Notes under the pieces: generated by a model
What the model was told of the DNA's origin: nothing
The model's input: the letters and a program-made list of their open reading frames with translations, nothing else
The model's database searches: none
Part shown: one piece after another, positions 47,427 to 57,334 of the stretch
How the letters are laid out: each line of letters begins with the position of its first letter
Numbering within the stretch: position 1 is the first letter of the stretch
Program-made: the position numbers and the translations under genes
NCBI GenBank assembly: GCA_050015375.1
Contig: JBEKBN010000002.1
Location: 8,339-72,338 of the forward strand
Length of the DNA stretch: 64,000 nucleotides
Direction of reading: 5' to 3'
Source of the DNA: Minisyncoccia bacterium
GTDB lineage: Bacteria > Patescibacteriota > Minisyncoccia > 2-02-FULL-40-12 > IGHO2-01-FULL-4-A

Positions 47427-48641
47427 TTAATAATTAATCTGTTTTGCTAATAATCTCGGATTAATATCCAATTCTTCAAGAATTTTAGCTACTCTTGGTC
47501 CGGTTTTGCCGTCACCCCAAGGGTTTTTCGATTTTGCGACTCTGGCTCTATAAATATTATCATCCAATGATTTATGAATAGCCGCGATTATTTCTGCTCT
47601 TTTATAACCGACGTCTATAACGTTGTCCCCTCTTTGACGGCCTGATTGTCTTGAGCCGATATTAACTACCGGCACATTAAATGAAGATGATTCTATCATG
47701 GCCGCGCTTGAATTGCCAATCCATACCGCAGCTTCTCTTTCCAGAGTTAAAAAGTGTTTATAGGGTAAGCTTTTAACAATACGAAACAAGGAATTATTTT
47801 TTTCCCTTTCTATAACCTTTATGATTCTCCGGCCGCCGGCATCAGGATGGGGATAAGCCACAACCACTAGCAAATTGAATTTTTTTACAGCCGCCATTGT
47901 CTCCTCCATTTGTTTTCCAGCCCGCTCAAATTCCTCGCTTACCGGGTGTTGAGTTACCAAAATTACTTTATGATCGGGATCAAGGTCTAGTTTTTGGAAG
48001 AGATCTTCCCTTGACAGTAATTTTTCATTTAAAATGACATCAAGAGCCGGCGCGCCAACTATATGAATTCTCCATTTCTCCTCACCCATTTTTTCTATTC
48101 TTTTTGCTGATTCTTCAGTAGACGGAAAATGAATTTGAGAAAGTTTGGTAATGGCGTGCCGAGCGATTTCATCAACGGTAGATGTCCTCTCGCCGCCACC
48201 CATTTGCCCAGTTGGAATGCCCAAATACAACGCGGCTGTGGCGGCACATAGCATTTCCGGCCGATCGCCAAGGGTTAGAATAAAATCCGGCCTATTCTTA
48301 GATAGGGCATTGACTATATTGGTAAGGAATTCACCGGTGAATTTGGCCATTCCTTTTCTGTCATCGCTTTTAAATACGCAGCTGATCTTTTTAACTTTTC
48401 CCGGAAATTCTTTTTCAACTTGATCAACGGTCAGACCGAATTCGGGCATCAAGTGAGAACCGGTGGCATATATCTGCAACTTCAAACGCTTGCTTTTGTC
48501 TATGGTTCTTAGCACTGGGGTCATCATCCCAAAATCAGCCCGGGTTCCGGAAATATAAGCTATTTTTTTAATAATTTGGTCTCCCATAAAAATAAAAACC
48601 TCGGTTAAATGGCCCCGCGGCTCTGGTTCACCAGTCACCAC
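47427..48641 (-). CDS. neuC: Hydrolysing UDP-N-acetylglucosamine 2-epimerase (NeuC/LegG family)
   Basis: GTRADF, LGDRPE, RHAITKLS, VTQHP, GNSS, NIGSRQ, NPWGDG. Confidence 0.88.
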   Translation of the reverse strand: MVTGEPEPRGHLTEVFIFMGDQIIKKIAYISGTRADFGMMTPVLRTIDKSKRLKLQIYATGSHLMPEFGLTVDQVEKEFPGKVKKISCVFKSDDRKGMAKFTGEFLTNIVNALSKNRPDFILTLGDRPEMLCAATAALYLGIPTGQMGGGERTSTVDEIARHAITKLSQIHFPSTEESAKRIEKMGEEKWRIHIVGAPALDVILNEKLLSREDLFQKLDLDPDHKVILVTQHPVSEEFERAGKQMEETMAAVKKFNLLVVVAYPHPDAGGRRIIKVIEREKNNSLFRIVKSLPYKHFLTLEREAAVWIGNSSAAMIESSSFNVPVVNIGSRQSGRQRGDNVIDVGYKRAEIIAAIHKSLDDNIYRARVAKSKNPWGDGKTGPRVAKILEELDINPRLLAKQINY

Positions 48642-49680
48642 TTTGGATTAAGCTGTCATTCTTTATGTCTTTTTTGGCCAACTTGCCAAGCAACGACTGA
48701 TAATATCTAGGCGATACACCATTTCCCGGCCTTTTGATGCCGAGATTTTTTTCTGTAAATCTCTCTCCTCTCTTAATGGGCCTGAGTGATACGATGCTTT
48801 TTCGGGTAATCAGTGCTATCTTCTTTTCGCTTGGAACCGGTTGTTTAATGTTCCGCCCCATAATGATCGGGATATTTCTAATGGCTTGAATGGCAATTCT
48901 CAGCTCCTCGGGATTGGATGATGCCTTATGGTCCGGACCCTCCGTGTTTTTATTCAGGGTCAGATGCTTTTCAATAACGCAGGCGCCCAATGCGACTGCC
49001 ATTGTTGATACAAGACTGCCTTCGGTATGGTCAGAATAGCCGACGAGAACAGACGGCAGTGCTTTCATCATCGTCTGCATAGCCCCCAAATTCACCCCTT
49101 CAAAAGGACATGGATAGTTTGTCGTGCAATGGAGAAATACAATCTTGTCGTTGCCCGCTCTTTTTATCCATTTCATCGCATCCTTAATTTCCTTCAGGGT
49201 TGCCATACCCGTGCTCACGATCATTGGTTTCCGGAATTTGGCAATGTGTTCCAAGAACGGCTGATTGGTCAGATCTCCAGAGCCGATCTTGAATGCCGGG
49301 ACTCCGAGCTTATGAAGAAAATCGGCGCTTTTGATGTGGCCATGAGGCGTGGATAAGAATATGATATTTCTTTTTTTACATCTTGCCACTATCGAATCAT
49401 AGAATCGTTCATCCAGTTCGATCTCTTTCAGCATCTCGAGCTGGGATTCCGTCTTACCGGTATTTTTCTTTTGATACTCAGCCATCTCGCCACCGCCGGT
49501 CACTACCTGTTCGGCTTTCCAAGTCTGGAACTTAACGGCATTGGCTCCGGCATCAGCCGCGGCATCAACCAGCTTCAATGCCAGATCAAGTCGTCCATTA
49601 TGATTCACACCTGCTTCAGCGATAAAAAATACCGGCCAGCTGTATCCAATTTCAGATTTACCTATTTTTACAGTAATCAT
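48628..49680 (-). CDS. neuB: Nonulosonic acid synthase (NeuB/LegI family) with SAF domain
   Basis: FIAEAGVNHNG, VKFQT, KIGSGDLTN, LHCTTNYP, GYSDHT, IEKH, GPDH, KRPGNG. Confidence 0.92.
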   Translation of the reverse strand: MITVKIGKSEIGYSWPVFFIAEAGVNHNGRLDLALKLVDAAADAGANAVKFQTWKAEQVVTGGGEMAEYQKKNTGKTESQLEMLKEIELDERFYDSIVARCKKRNIIFLSTPHGHIKSADFLHKLGVPAFKIGSGDLTNQPFLEHIAKFRKPMIVSTGMATLKEIKDAMKWIKRAGNDKIVFLHCTTNYPCPFEGVNLGAMQTMMKALPSVLVGYSDHTEGSLVSTMAVALGACVIEKHLTLNKNTEGPDHKASSNPEELRIAIQAIRNIPIIMGRNIKQPVPSEKKIALITRKSIVSLRPIKRGERFTEKNLGIKRPGNGVSPRYYQSLLGKLAKKDIKNDSLIQSGDW

Positions 49681-49757
49681 AATTGTTCTCTTGCTGTTTT
49701 AATATTAAATAATAAGTTAGTTATTTAACATTATTCAGAAATAAATCAAATTAAGAT

Positions 49758-50783
49758 TTAAATAACCGTTACAGTCTTACCAGTTCGACTGCTTTTTTCC
49801 AAAGCAAATAAGGCCTTCAGAAAGCGGTGGTTTTCTTTAAATAAAAAGGGATATTTGCTTCGGCCCTCGATCGCGGTTAAAAATCTACCAATCTCTTCTT
49901 CGTACATATCTTCGGTGGTTATATAATGTTTCTCGTTATGACCTTTTTTCAGATGGATCACTTGGAGTTTTTTGTCCTTGGCAGTGAATAATTCTATCCG
50001 GCTGTCCTGCCACTCCCATTCCAAAACCCCATTTGAACCGATCACCCGCAATGTCCGGAATGGTTTTCGCGATAAGATATCAATGCTGATGTTGCCGATT
50101 ACATTATTTTGGAATCTAATAATAGAGGCGTATAAGTCATCGGCGTTCATGTCAAGTCCGGAAAGCTTTTCCGTGAATCCAGCGATCTTCTCAACTTTCA
50201 AATTTAACACATAGCTCAACCAGCCCAGTTCAAACGCGAACATTTCTCTGCAAGCACCGGTAGGTCTTTTGGAGAAATAAACTTTTCTATAATCTTCCCA
50301 GGGATGCCAATCGGGCAAGTATTGGCCCATGTGATATTGAAATGATAAAACTCGTCCGATCTTATCGCTGTCCAATATTTTTTTCATTGCTTTTATCGCC
50401 GGGTGAAATCTCAAGCTACATGATGGCGCACCCACAAAAGTACCGTCCAAAAGGCCCATCAACTGTTTATAGCCCTTATCGGTGGTTGGATGTTCGACAA
50501 AAAAATGTTTTTTGTGCTTTGCAGCATATAGGAAATAATCGGAATGTTTGTCGGGTGGAGTTGATATGATGAAAACATCTGGTTTTACTCGGTCTAGGGT
50601 TTTTTTGAAATTATTGAATATTTTTATCCCGAAATTATTTTGCGCTTCAAGACGCCTTTTTTTTAAAGGATCAAAACCATAAATATTCTCCTTGGGTATT
50701 TTGTGAAAGAGGAGATTTCTGATTCTTCTCTTGCCCATCGAACCCAAACCTATTTGCATAATTTTAAGCCGTTTTTTATTCAA
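49758..50783 (-). CDS. Gfo/Idh/MocA family oxidoreductase
   Basis: IGLGSMGKRR, STPPDKH, FVEHP, YLPDWHPWEDY. Confidence 0.85.
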   Translation of the reverse strand: MNKKRLKIMQIGLGSMGKRRIRNLLFHKIPKENIYGFDPLKKRRLEAQNNFGIKIFNNFKKTLDRVKPDVFIISTPPDKHSDYFLYAAKHKKHFFVEHPTTDKGYKQLMGLLDGTFVGAPSCSLRFHPAIKAMKKILDSDKIGRVLSFQYHMGQYLPDWHPWEDYRKVYFSKRPTGACREMFAFELGWLSYVLNLKVEKIAGFTEKLSGLDMNADDLYASIIRFQNNVIGNISIDILSRKPFRTLRVIGSNGVLEWEWQDSRIELFTAKDKKLQVIHLKKGHNEKHYITTEDMYEEEIGRFLTAIEGRSKYPFLFKENHRFLKALFALEKSSRTGKTVTVI

Positions 50784-51501
50784 ATCTTTTTAATTTTTGT
50801 TCTATTTTCTTCTTATTCGCGTAGACCAATTCAGCCATTATCCAGTCCTCGGGATGGTCAAGATCTATCGAACGCCAGCGGGGGCAAATCACACCGTGAG
50901 TATTCTCATTTACAAATTTCTTCGTTTTCAAGAATTCCTCGGTTCTGATCATATAAACCATGCACCCATTCAGGATATAACCCTTTGGCCAGGCCTGGCG
51001 GTTGGCATTTTCTTTTTTGGGCTGGTTTATCAATACAAGTTTTCCTTTTTTGCTGATCTGATAGAAGCGGGGATGTGTTTCACAAACCGTGCAGACCGAT
51101 TTTATTTTAGGATTTTTCATCAGCTCGTAACACTTTTTTATGTCCTCGATTTCTCTAAGCGGTGATGGCGGTTGAAGTAAAGTAATCACATCAGGATGGT
51201 AATTCTCTTCATCTCTCAATTTTCTTATAAGCGATAAGAAAACATCGTTGATCTGTGCGGTATCGGATGCCAAACTGGCCGGTCTGAACGATATCTCGGC
51301 CCCGAATTTTTTTGCTATTTTGGCGATTTCAGGGTTCTCGGTATCAACTATGACGCGATCAAAAAAACCGGACCTTTTAGCTTGGAGAATAGCGTGGGCG
51401 ATAAGAGGTTTGCCGTGAAAAATCCGGATGTTTTTATTCGGTATCCCTTTTGAACCCGCCCGCGCACAGATAACAGCTAAATTTTTCTCTTTTTTAATCA
51501 T
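50776..51501 (-). CDS. neuA: Acylneuraminate cytidylyltransferase (NeuA family)
   Basis: ARAGSKGIPNKN, LQPPSPLR, NG..Y, SIDLD. Confidence 0.9.
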   Translation of the reverse strand: MIKKEKNLAVICARAGSKGIPNKNIRIFHGKPLIAHAILQAKRSGFFDRVIVDTENPEIAKIAKKFGAEISFRPASLASDTAQINDVFLSLIRKLRDEENYHPDVITLLQPPSPLREIEDIKKCYELMKNPKIKSVCTVCETHPRFYQISKKGKLVLINQPKKENANRQAWPKGYILNGCMVYMIRTEEFLKTKKFVNENTHGVICPRWRSIDLDHPEDWIMAELVYANKKKIEQKLKRFE

Positions 51502-52483
51502 TGCTCTTTTGAAAAACTATTCTCATGTGGTTACTTATGTTCTGCTTGTCAATTATGGCTTGCATCAAAGGAATAAAATCTTTTAACCTGGATGAGTAAT
51601 CAAATCTATCTTCGTAATTTTTCATGCAGAAATAATCCATTACATCCAAACCATAATAATCAACGGAATGAACCTTAAAACCGGTTTTCTTGGCCAAATA
51701 ATCCAAAGATCTCTGATCAAAGAAACAAATGTGTTGGAATGGGTAGAGGTTGTTTTGGTCTTTGCCCATCAGCAGAAAAGATAGCGAATGGATATTGGGA
51801 GTATGAGCTATAACAAAACCGTTCTTGATCAATTTTTTATTTATGGTCTTAAAAAGAGTTATCGGATCGGTCAGGTGCTCTAGAACATCGTAAAGAGTGA
51901 TTATGTTGTAAGACCCGTCCTTTTCATTCTTCAAATCGGCACTTTCTACGTTTAACCCCCTGTTTTTGCATATCTTAACCAAAAAATCGGATAATTCCAG
52001 ACCTTTATACTTAACGCCGTTGTCTTTCAGATAACTCAACAGATAACCAGGGCCACAACCTACATCAAGAAGTTTTATCCTATTTTTGGAGATTTTGGTT
52101 TTCTCCAATATATAATTCAACCTTTCCGGAGCCAAAGTTTTTTTCCGATAATCATAGGTGTTCAAAACATTAATTCTAACATCCCTTTTATAGACCTCGT
52201 CGTCGTAGACCCCATGGTTGCCCAGCTTTGTAAAATCAACATTTGGCGAAACCAGGCCGCATTTTGAACAATCAATGAGCTGGTATTTATTGTAGGACAA
52301 GAAATTGTCGCCCTTTTGGGAACCGCAGAGCGGGCAAACGAATTTATTGCGAGTTTTAATACTAGAAGCGAATTTATTCATCATATGATCCTTGTAAACC
52401 AAAACGTTTTTCCAGAAATCTTTTGGCCGGGATTGTTTGGAATCAATATTGAATATCTTGTAGCCCTTAAGCATGTTCCTCAT
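51494..52483 (-). CDS. SAM-dependent methyltransferase with N-terminal zinc ribbon
   Basis: CPLCG..CSKCG, LLDVGCGPG, DVLEHL, TPN. Confidence 0.85.
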   Translation of the reverse strand: MRNMLKGYKIFNIDSKQSRPKDFWKNVLVYKDHMMNKFASSIKTRNKFVCPLCGSQKGDNFLSYNKYQLIDCSKCGLVSPNVDFTKLGNHGVYDDEVYKRDVRINVLNTYDYRKKTLAPERLNYILEKTKISKNRIKLLDVGCGPGYLLSYLKDNGVKYKGLELSDFLVKICKNRGLNVESADLKNEKDGSYNIITLYDVLEHLTDPITLFKTINKKLIKNGFVIAHTPNIHSLSFLLMGKDQNNLYPFQHICFFDQRSLDYLAKKTGFKVHSVDYYGLDVMDYFCMKNYEDRFDYSSRLKDFIPLMQAIIDKQNISNHMRIVFQKSND

Positions 52484-52487
52484 TTTT

Positions 52488-53741
52488 TTATTTTACCTGA
52501 TGCCTTAGTTTCCAAATACCTTTTTCTTTCTTCCAAAGATGAGGCGAACGAAACTCATCGGCCAAACGCATGAAATATTTTTTATCCATCTTTGGATGGA
52601 TAAACGATCCGTGGGCTTTCGGAAATTCTTTTTTGGTGATACTGAGATATTCCCACAATTCATCGGCAAATCTCTCCGGAAATTCTCCATCAAATCTTCT
52701 TACAAGCGAGACCCCTTCTTCCCGAGTGATTTCACCCGATCTTATCTCCTGGGCGGCATCATTAGTGGCTCGGCCTAAGCCAAATTTAATGAACGCGGTA
52801 TAGTAGTAGAGGTCATCCATCTTGTCATCAATACTGTTGTATTTGCTATATGTTCCCGGGGTTCTTTCCGGCGATGCCTGAAAACCCCCGTGTTCGACGG
52901 AATAGTAATAAGCTCCCTGAGGATGCCATTTTAAATAATAGCCCAGATAATGAAATTCGATCTTGTGTTTTTTTATATCTTTGGGGTTGGCGGGCAAATA
53001 GAGATTAAGGTCGTTCTCCTGAACGCCATATTTCTTTGACAGATCAGAGAGAGAAACGCCGCCTAGAAAAATTTTTGTTTTATCGGAAGAGGTGAAATAC
53101 GACCAATCTTTAACCGCTTTATCGGCATCAGCGATCGGATTGCCATATTCAGCTTCATTTTCTCCATAAAAAATAAGCGGTATATCGTAAAGAATCGCAA
53201 CTTTAGGCGCCAGTGACTTCTGTCCGAAAACGAACGGTTGAAAAGGATGAAAAAGATTTTCGAGGGCCAGGCGCGTGAGCAAACGGTGAGTTCTGCCATT
53301 TGGCGTGTAGAGTACATTGTCGAAGCCCGCGTGAATCCAGGCTTCAAAATTTTTCCAACCCCATGGCGTATAGATATGGGGAGCCCAGGTTATCGTGAGA
53401 GGGTGCATGCCATATTTAAACTTCAGAATGTGAGCCGCGTAAAAACTGTCTTTACCGCCCGACCCCGGGACTAAACAATCATAAGACCCGTCTTTTTTTC
53501 TATGTTTATCGCATAATTTCATTAGCTCCCCTCCGCGTTCCGCCCAATCAATTGATTTTTTACGCTCGGTCACTCGACAGGCATCACAAATTCCATCCTC
53601 ATTAAAATTTACAGTTCCTTTTTTGCTATCTTTGGTATGCGAATATTCAACTGCCGAGATTGGTTTTTGATTCGAAACAACACATTTTTTGCAAAAGTTG
53701 ACCTCCTCTGGCAAACCATATTTTGTTGGAATTTTACTCAT
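52488..53741 (-). CDS. N-acetyl sugar amidotransferase (WbuX/PseA family)
   Basis: CKKC..GICDAC, YDCLVPGSGGKDS PP-loop, YGENEAEYG, KFGLGRA, EIRSG. Confidence 0.9.
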   Translation of the reverse strand: MSKIPTKYGLPEEVNFCKKCVVSNQKPISAVEYSHTKDSKKGTVNFNEDGICDACRVTERKKSIDWAERGGELMKLCDKHRKKDGSYDCLVPGSGGKDSFYAAHILKFKYGMHPLTITWAPHIYTPWGWKNFEAWIHAGFDNVLYTPNGRTHRLLTRLALENLFHPFQPFVFGQKSLAPKVAILYDIPLIFYGENEAEYGNPIADADKAVKDWSYFTSSDKTKIFLGGVSLSDLSKKYGVQENDLNLYLPANPKDIKKHKIEFHYLGYYLKWHPQGAYYYSVEHGGFQASPERTPGTYSKYNSIDDKMDDLYYYTAFIKFGLGRATNDAAQEIRSGEITREEGVSLVRRFDGEFPERFADELWEYLSITKKEFPKAHGSFIHPKMDKKYFMRLADEFRSPHLWKKEKGIWKLRHQVK

Positions 53742-53751
53742 GATATTTTGT

Positions 53752-54402
53752 CTATGCTATTTTAATAAAATTTTCTATTATCTTTAGCCCAACGGGGCCG
53801 CTTTTTTCAGGATGGAATTGGCATCCATAAATATTGTTTTTTTTAATAATCGCACAAAATTCATGGCCGCCATATTCAGTCGTGGCAAAAATAACCTTTT
53901 TATCATCTGGCTCCAATATATATGAGTGGACAAAATAAACATCCGCTTCCCGATCTATTGATCTGAATGGTGTGTCGTTTTTAGACACGGATGTCTTAAA
54001 AGATAATCTATTCCATCCGATATGCGGGATCTTTGCATTGTCTGCCAACTTAGGAAACTTTATAACCCGCCCCGGTATAATATTCAGGCCGGAGAACTCG
54101 CCAAATTCGAAGCCCTTGCTTAGCAATAATTGCGCGCCTAAACATATCCCCAAGATCGGTTTGCCGCTTTCGGCAAATTGCTTAATAGTGGTTTCTAGAT
54201 TTCGAATACAAAGTCCGTTCATTCCGGCTTCAAATGAACCGACGCCGGGCAATACAAGAGCATCAGATGACTCTATTTCCTTGGCCTCCTCGGTGATTAT
54301 GGCCTTTGTCGTAAATTTATCAAAGGCCTTCTGAATACTATATAGATTGCCCACTCCATAATCAACTACCGCAATTTTTGGTGATTTCATGGTCATAGTC
54401 AC
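53752..54402 (-). CDS. HisH-like glutamine amidotransferase (WbuY-type, glycan cluster)
   Basis: VDYGVGNL, LPGVGSF, GICLG, YFVHSY, QFHPEKSG. Confidence 0.88.
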   Translation of the reverse strand: MTMTMKSPKIAVVDYGVGNLYSIQKAFDKFTTKAIITEEAKEIESSDALVLPGVGSFEAGMNGLCIRNLETTIKQFAESGKPILGICLGAQLLLSKGFEFGEFSGLNIIPGRVIKFPKLADNAKIPHIGWNRLSFKTSVSKNDTPFRSIDREADVYFVHSYILEPDDKKVIFATTEYGGHEFCAIIKKNNIYGCQFHPEKSGPVGLKIIENFIKIA

Positions 54403-55160
54403 GCCATCCTAACTTTTAGCTTCTTTCCATGCAAAAAAACCTTTAATGAATCAACCGTATAATCGTTATAATGGAATACTGACGCCGCGGCAATTGCATT
54501 GGGTCGAGAAGATCTAATAACTTTTGCTACTGATTCTTTGCTACCAGCTCCTCCGTGGGCGATGATCGGAATGGTCGAAAAGGCGGTGATGGCGGAAATA
54601 AGTTCTAGATCATACCCCTTTCTTGTTCCATCTTTATCTATAGAAGTGACGACCACCTCGCCCACTCCCATACCAATGGCCTTTTTTACCCAATCAATGG
54701 CGTCTATGCCCGTTCTTTCTCTCCCGCCATCCGTGTATGCTTCCCATTTTTTGTCTCCGATCTTTTTTGCCTCGACGGAAAGGACTATACACTGGGAACC
54801 GAATTTGTTTATAGCCATGGAGATGAATTCCGGATGGTGGATGGCGAATGTATTAATGGCTATCTTATCGGCACCCGCTCTCAAAACGTTATCTATGTCG
54901 CCGACTGACCTGATTCCGCCGCCAACTGTAATGGGTATGAAGATGCCGCTAGCAACAGATTTCAACAAGTCAAAATCAAGATTTCTTTGATATAAGCTGG
55001 CCACGATATCCATATACAGTAACTCATCGGCGTTTTCGTTGTAATACCTCAAGGCCAGTTCTCTGGAATTACCGACGATTCTTAACCCTTCCGTAAAAAT
55101 TCCTTTTACTACATTGGGGCCTTTTATATCCAGCCGGGGAATTATTCTTATATTTTCCAT
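54399..55160 (-). CDS. HisF-like cyclase-family subunit (WbuZ-type, glycan cluster)
   Basis: RIIPRLDIK, VGGGIRS, GADK, SIDKDGT, HGGAG, AAASVFH. Confidence 0.88.
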   Translation of the reverse strand: MENIRIIPRLDIKGPNVVKGIFTEGLRIVGNSRELALRYYNENADELLYMDIVASLYQRNLDFDLLKSVASGIFIPITVGGGIRSVGDIDNVLRAGADKIAINTFAIHHPEFISMAINKFGSQCIVLSVEAKKIGDKKWEAYTDGGRERTGIDAIDWVKKAIGMGVGEVVVTSIDKDGTRKGYDLELISAITAFSTIPIIAHGGAGSKESVAKVIRSSRPNAIAAASVFHYNDYTVDSLKVFLHGKKLKVRMA

Positions 55161-55177
55161 ATTTTTAATGTTGACCT

Positions 55178-56386
55178 TTATTGGGTTAGATAAACTTGGT
55201 CAAAGATATCATGTATCGGTTTTTCATATCGGGTAATATTGAAAATCTTGCCATCATCGCACTGCAAGTAAAGCGTCCGATACAATCCCAGGCATGGCTC
55301 CAGAACCCTATTAAAAAAAACGCTGGCCAGTTTGGTTTTAAACTTAAGTTGAGCAAAGAATCCTGAAAATTCAAGAGCATACATCAAGTTGAAGTTGGCC
55401 GGATAGCAAAAAGTAACTTTCTTGTTTTCACCAAAATAAGAAACAAGGCAATTTTCAACAAATGAGAAATTGGGGAAAGCCATGAAACTTATAATGATGT
55501 CACGAGAACCGATTTTAAGTTTTTGTATTTTGAACGCTTGGCGAACCGCTTCCAATAAGCGTTCCGGCTTGAGAGAATAATAAACCCGAGGCAAAAATTT
55601 TATGTCGTCAAAATAATCATTGAGAAAATTTGTGTCTATAGCTCGCCAACGGTGCTGTTGAGAGATGACGAGATTTATGGGTCTCCCCGGCGAGATATTT
55701 TTGATGAGTTTTGCGATAGCCACCATGATCATCACCGGTGAAGGTTCGACGATGGTAAACCAGATTTCGCCATTATTTTCTTCCAACAATTTTTTCATGT
55801 TTTGTTCCAATAAATCGTTGACGGTTGGAATTTCTTTGTTATCCGCCAGCGGTTTACTTAGGTCGTGAATAGAAATCCTTTCGGGACAATTTTTAAAATA
55901 ATCGCACCAGGCTTCGAATGTCGCTCTGCCCACGGCGTTTTCAAACAACTTATAAAATACATAGGAATTCAAACCGAAACTATAAGCCGAGATGGAGGCG
56001 TTGGAGCTTATCGAAAAAGAGTAGGCGATCTTGCCAAGATTTTTCCAGATGAAAATTTCGGCGGGTTTCGAGTCGTCTAAAATTCTGAATAATTTCAAAT
56101 CAAGAAGTTTAAGCTCTTTTTTTTCGGCTGGATGGGGCTTGTAGAAAAGTTCATAGCCCACGCACTGCTTCCTTATGTAATCGAGGCACATATTGGTTAT
56201 TTTTACATATTCCTCAATCTTCAACTGGTCCGACAATTTAAGAAACGACGCTCCCCAAAAAATAACCTGTTTGTTGCCTCGCTGGCCCAAATTAGATTCA
56301 CCGATCAGACCATACGGAACAGCAACTTCATGGACATTTTCGGCCTCTTTATTGGCTGGCTGCAGGGTCTTGAGATACATCTTCAT
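55178..56386 (-). CDS. Putative sialyltransferase-like glycosyltransferase
   Basis: YKPHP and SISSNA motifs resemble the CMP-binding domain of bacterial sialyltransferases; located in a nonulosonate cluster. Confidence 0.5.
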   Translation of the reverse strand: MKMYLKTLQPANKEAENVHEVAVPYGLIGESNLGQRGNKQVIFWGASFLKLSDQLKIEEYVKITNMCLDYIRKQCVGYELFYKPHPAEKKELKLLDLKLFRILDDSKPAEIFIWKNLGKIAYSFSISSNASISAYSFGLNSYVFYKLFENAVGRATFEAWCDYFKNCPERISIHDLSKPLADNKEIPTVNDLLEQNMKKLLEENNGEIWFTIVEPSPVMIMVAIAKLIKNISPGRPINLVISQQHRWRAIDTNFLNDYFDDIKFLPRVYYSLKPERLLEAVRQAFKIQKLKIGSRDIIISFMAFPNFSFVENCLVSYFGENKKVTFCYPANFNLMYALEFSGFFAQLKFKTKLASVFFNRVLEPCLGLYRTLYLQCDDGKIFNITRYEKPIHDIFDQVYLTQ

Positions 56387-56488
56387 TTAAGATTTTTAAC
56401 ATAAAATCGCACCCACGTAAAGAATATAGTGTTCTGCCAACAAAAAAGAGCTAACTGGTGAGAGTTAGCCCTGTGATTTTTTCCAAAA

Positions 56489-57334
56489 TTATTGTTTGCC
56501 GGTTTTTTGCCGGAATAGATTATCGGCATATTCCCTCTCTGCGGATTTTATCTTTGTGAATCCGTCTTCTTCCCGATTTGCCTTTTTGGCCGAGTAATGG
56601 TGGATATGTTCAACAAAAACGTCCGGTCTTAAATAGGCTGAATGCCCCGGAGAATTTATAAGACGATATGACCATTCAACGTCGGAACCATAAATAAGGA
56701 AGTTTTCGTCGTAATAACCGATTTTCCCAAAAATTTCTTTTTTGTGCAGACTGCATGGATTGGGAAATGGGTCAGTAAATTTTACAGGGCCTATGTCCCG
56801 TGGACCATCGGCTTGCTGTTGCGGACATGAAATCCTTGAAATTGCGGGTGATACTACATAACAATCGGGGTAACGTTCAAATGTTTCCATGCAGCGGGTC
56901 AACCAACACGGGTTCAGTTTAGGCACAAAACAATCGGAATCCATGATAACAATGTAGTCGCAGGTGGATTCTCGGATGAGTTTATTCAATATTTTGCCCA
57001 TATTCTTGGTGCCGGGGCGATTATCAAAAAGAGTCAGTTTATAGGGCCAATCGGTATTCTCAATTAAATGTTTGGCGCATTGAACTTCAATTTCCGGGGC
57101 GGTATAGAACAAAACGATAATCTCAACCCGTTTTAATTCATAGTCGGTAGGGATTGGCAGTTGTATTTGCCTGATGACTTCGTTACGAGCAGTTTTTCTT
57201 TCTTCGGACGTGAGAACAGATTCTACCGGTGACTTTTTTTTGTCCCCGATCATTCGCCCTATGAATCCGCCAAGATATTTCTGATCAAAATCATTGATAA
57301 ATGATTTGCTAGTTTTTCTCTGGGCGTGGTTCAT
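56489..57334 (-). CDS. Glycosyltransferase family 2
   Basis: YIVIMDSD (DxD), IGYYDENFLIYGSDVEW. Confidence 0.8.
   Translation of the reverse strand: MNHAQRKTSKSFINDFDQKYLGGFIGRMIGDKKKSPVESVLTSEERKTARNEVIRQIQLPIPTDYELKRVEIIVLFYTAPEIEVQCAKHLIENTDWPYKLTLFDNRPGTKNMGKILNKLIRESTCDYIVIMDSDCFVPKLNPCWLTRCMETFERYPDCYVVSPAISRISCPQQQADGPRDIGPVKFTDPFPNPCSLHKKEIFGKIGYYDENFLIYGSDVEWSYRLINSPGHSAYLRPDVFVEHIHHYSAKKANREEDGFTKIKSAEREYADNLFRQKTGKQ

Noticed and set aside
53752-55160. Histidine biosynthesis hisH/hisF
   Set aside because: The genes are adjacent to a WbuX-family amidotransferase in a glycan cluster with no other his genes, so they are best read as the ammonia-supplying paralogs.
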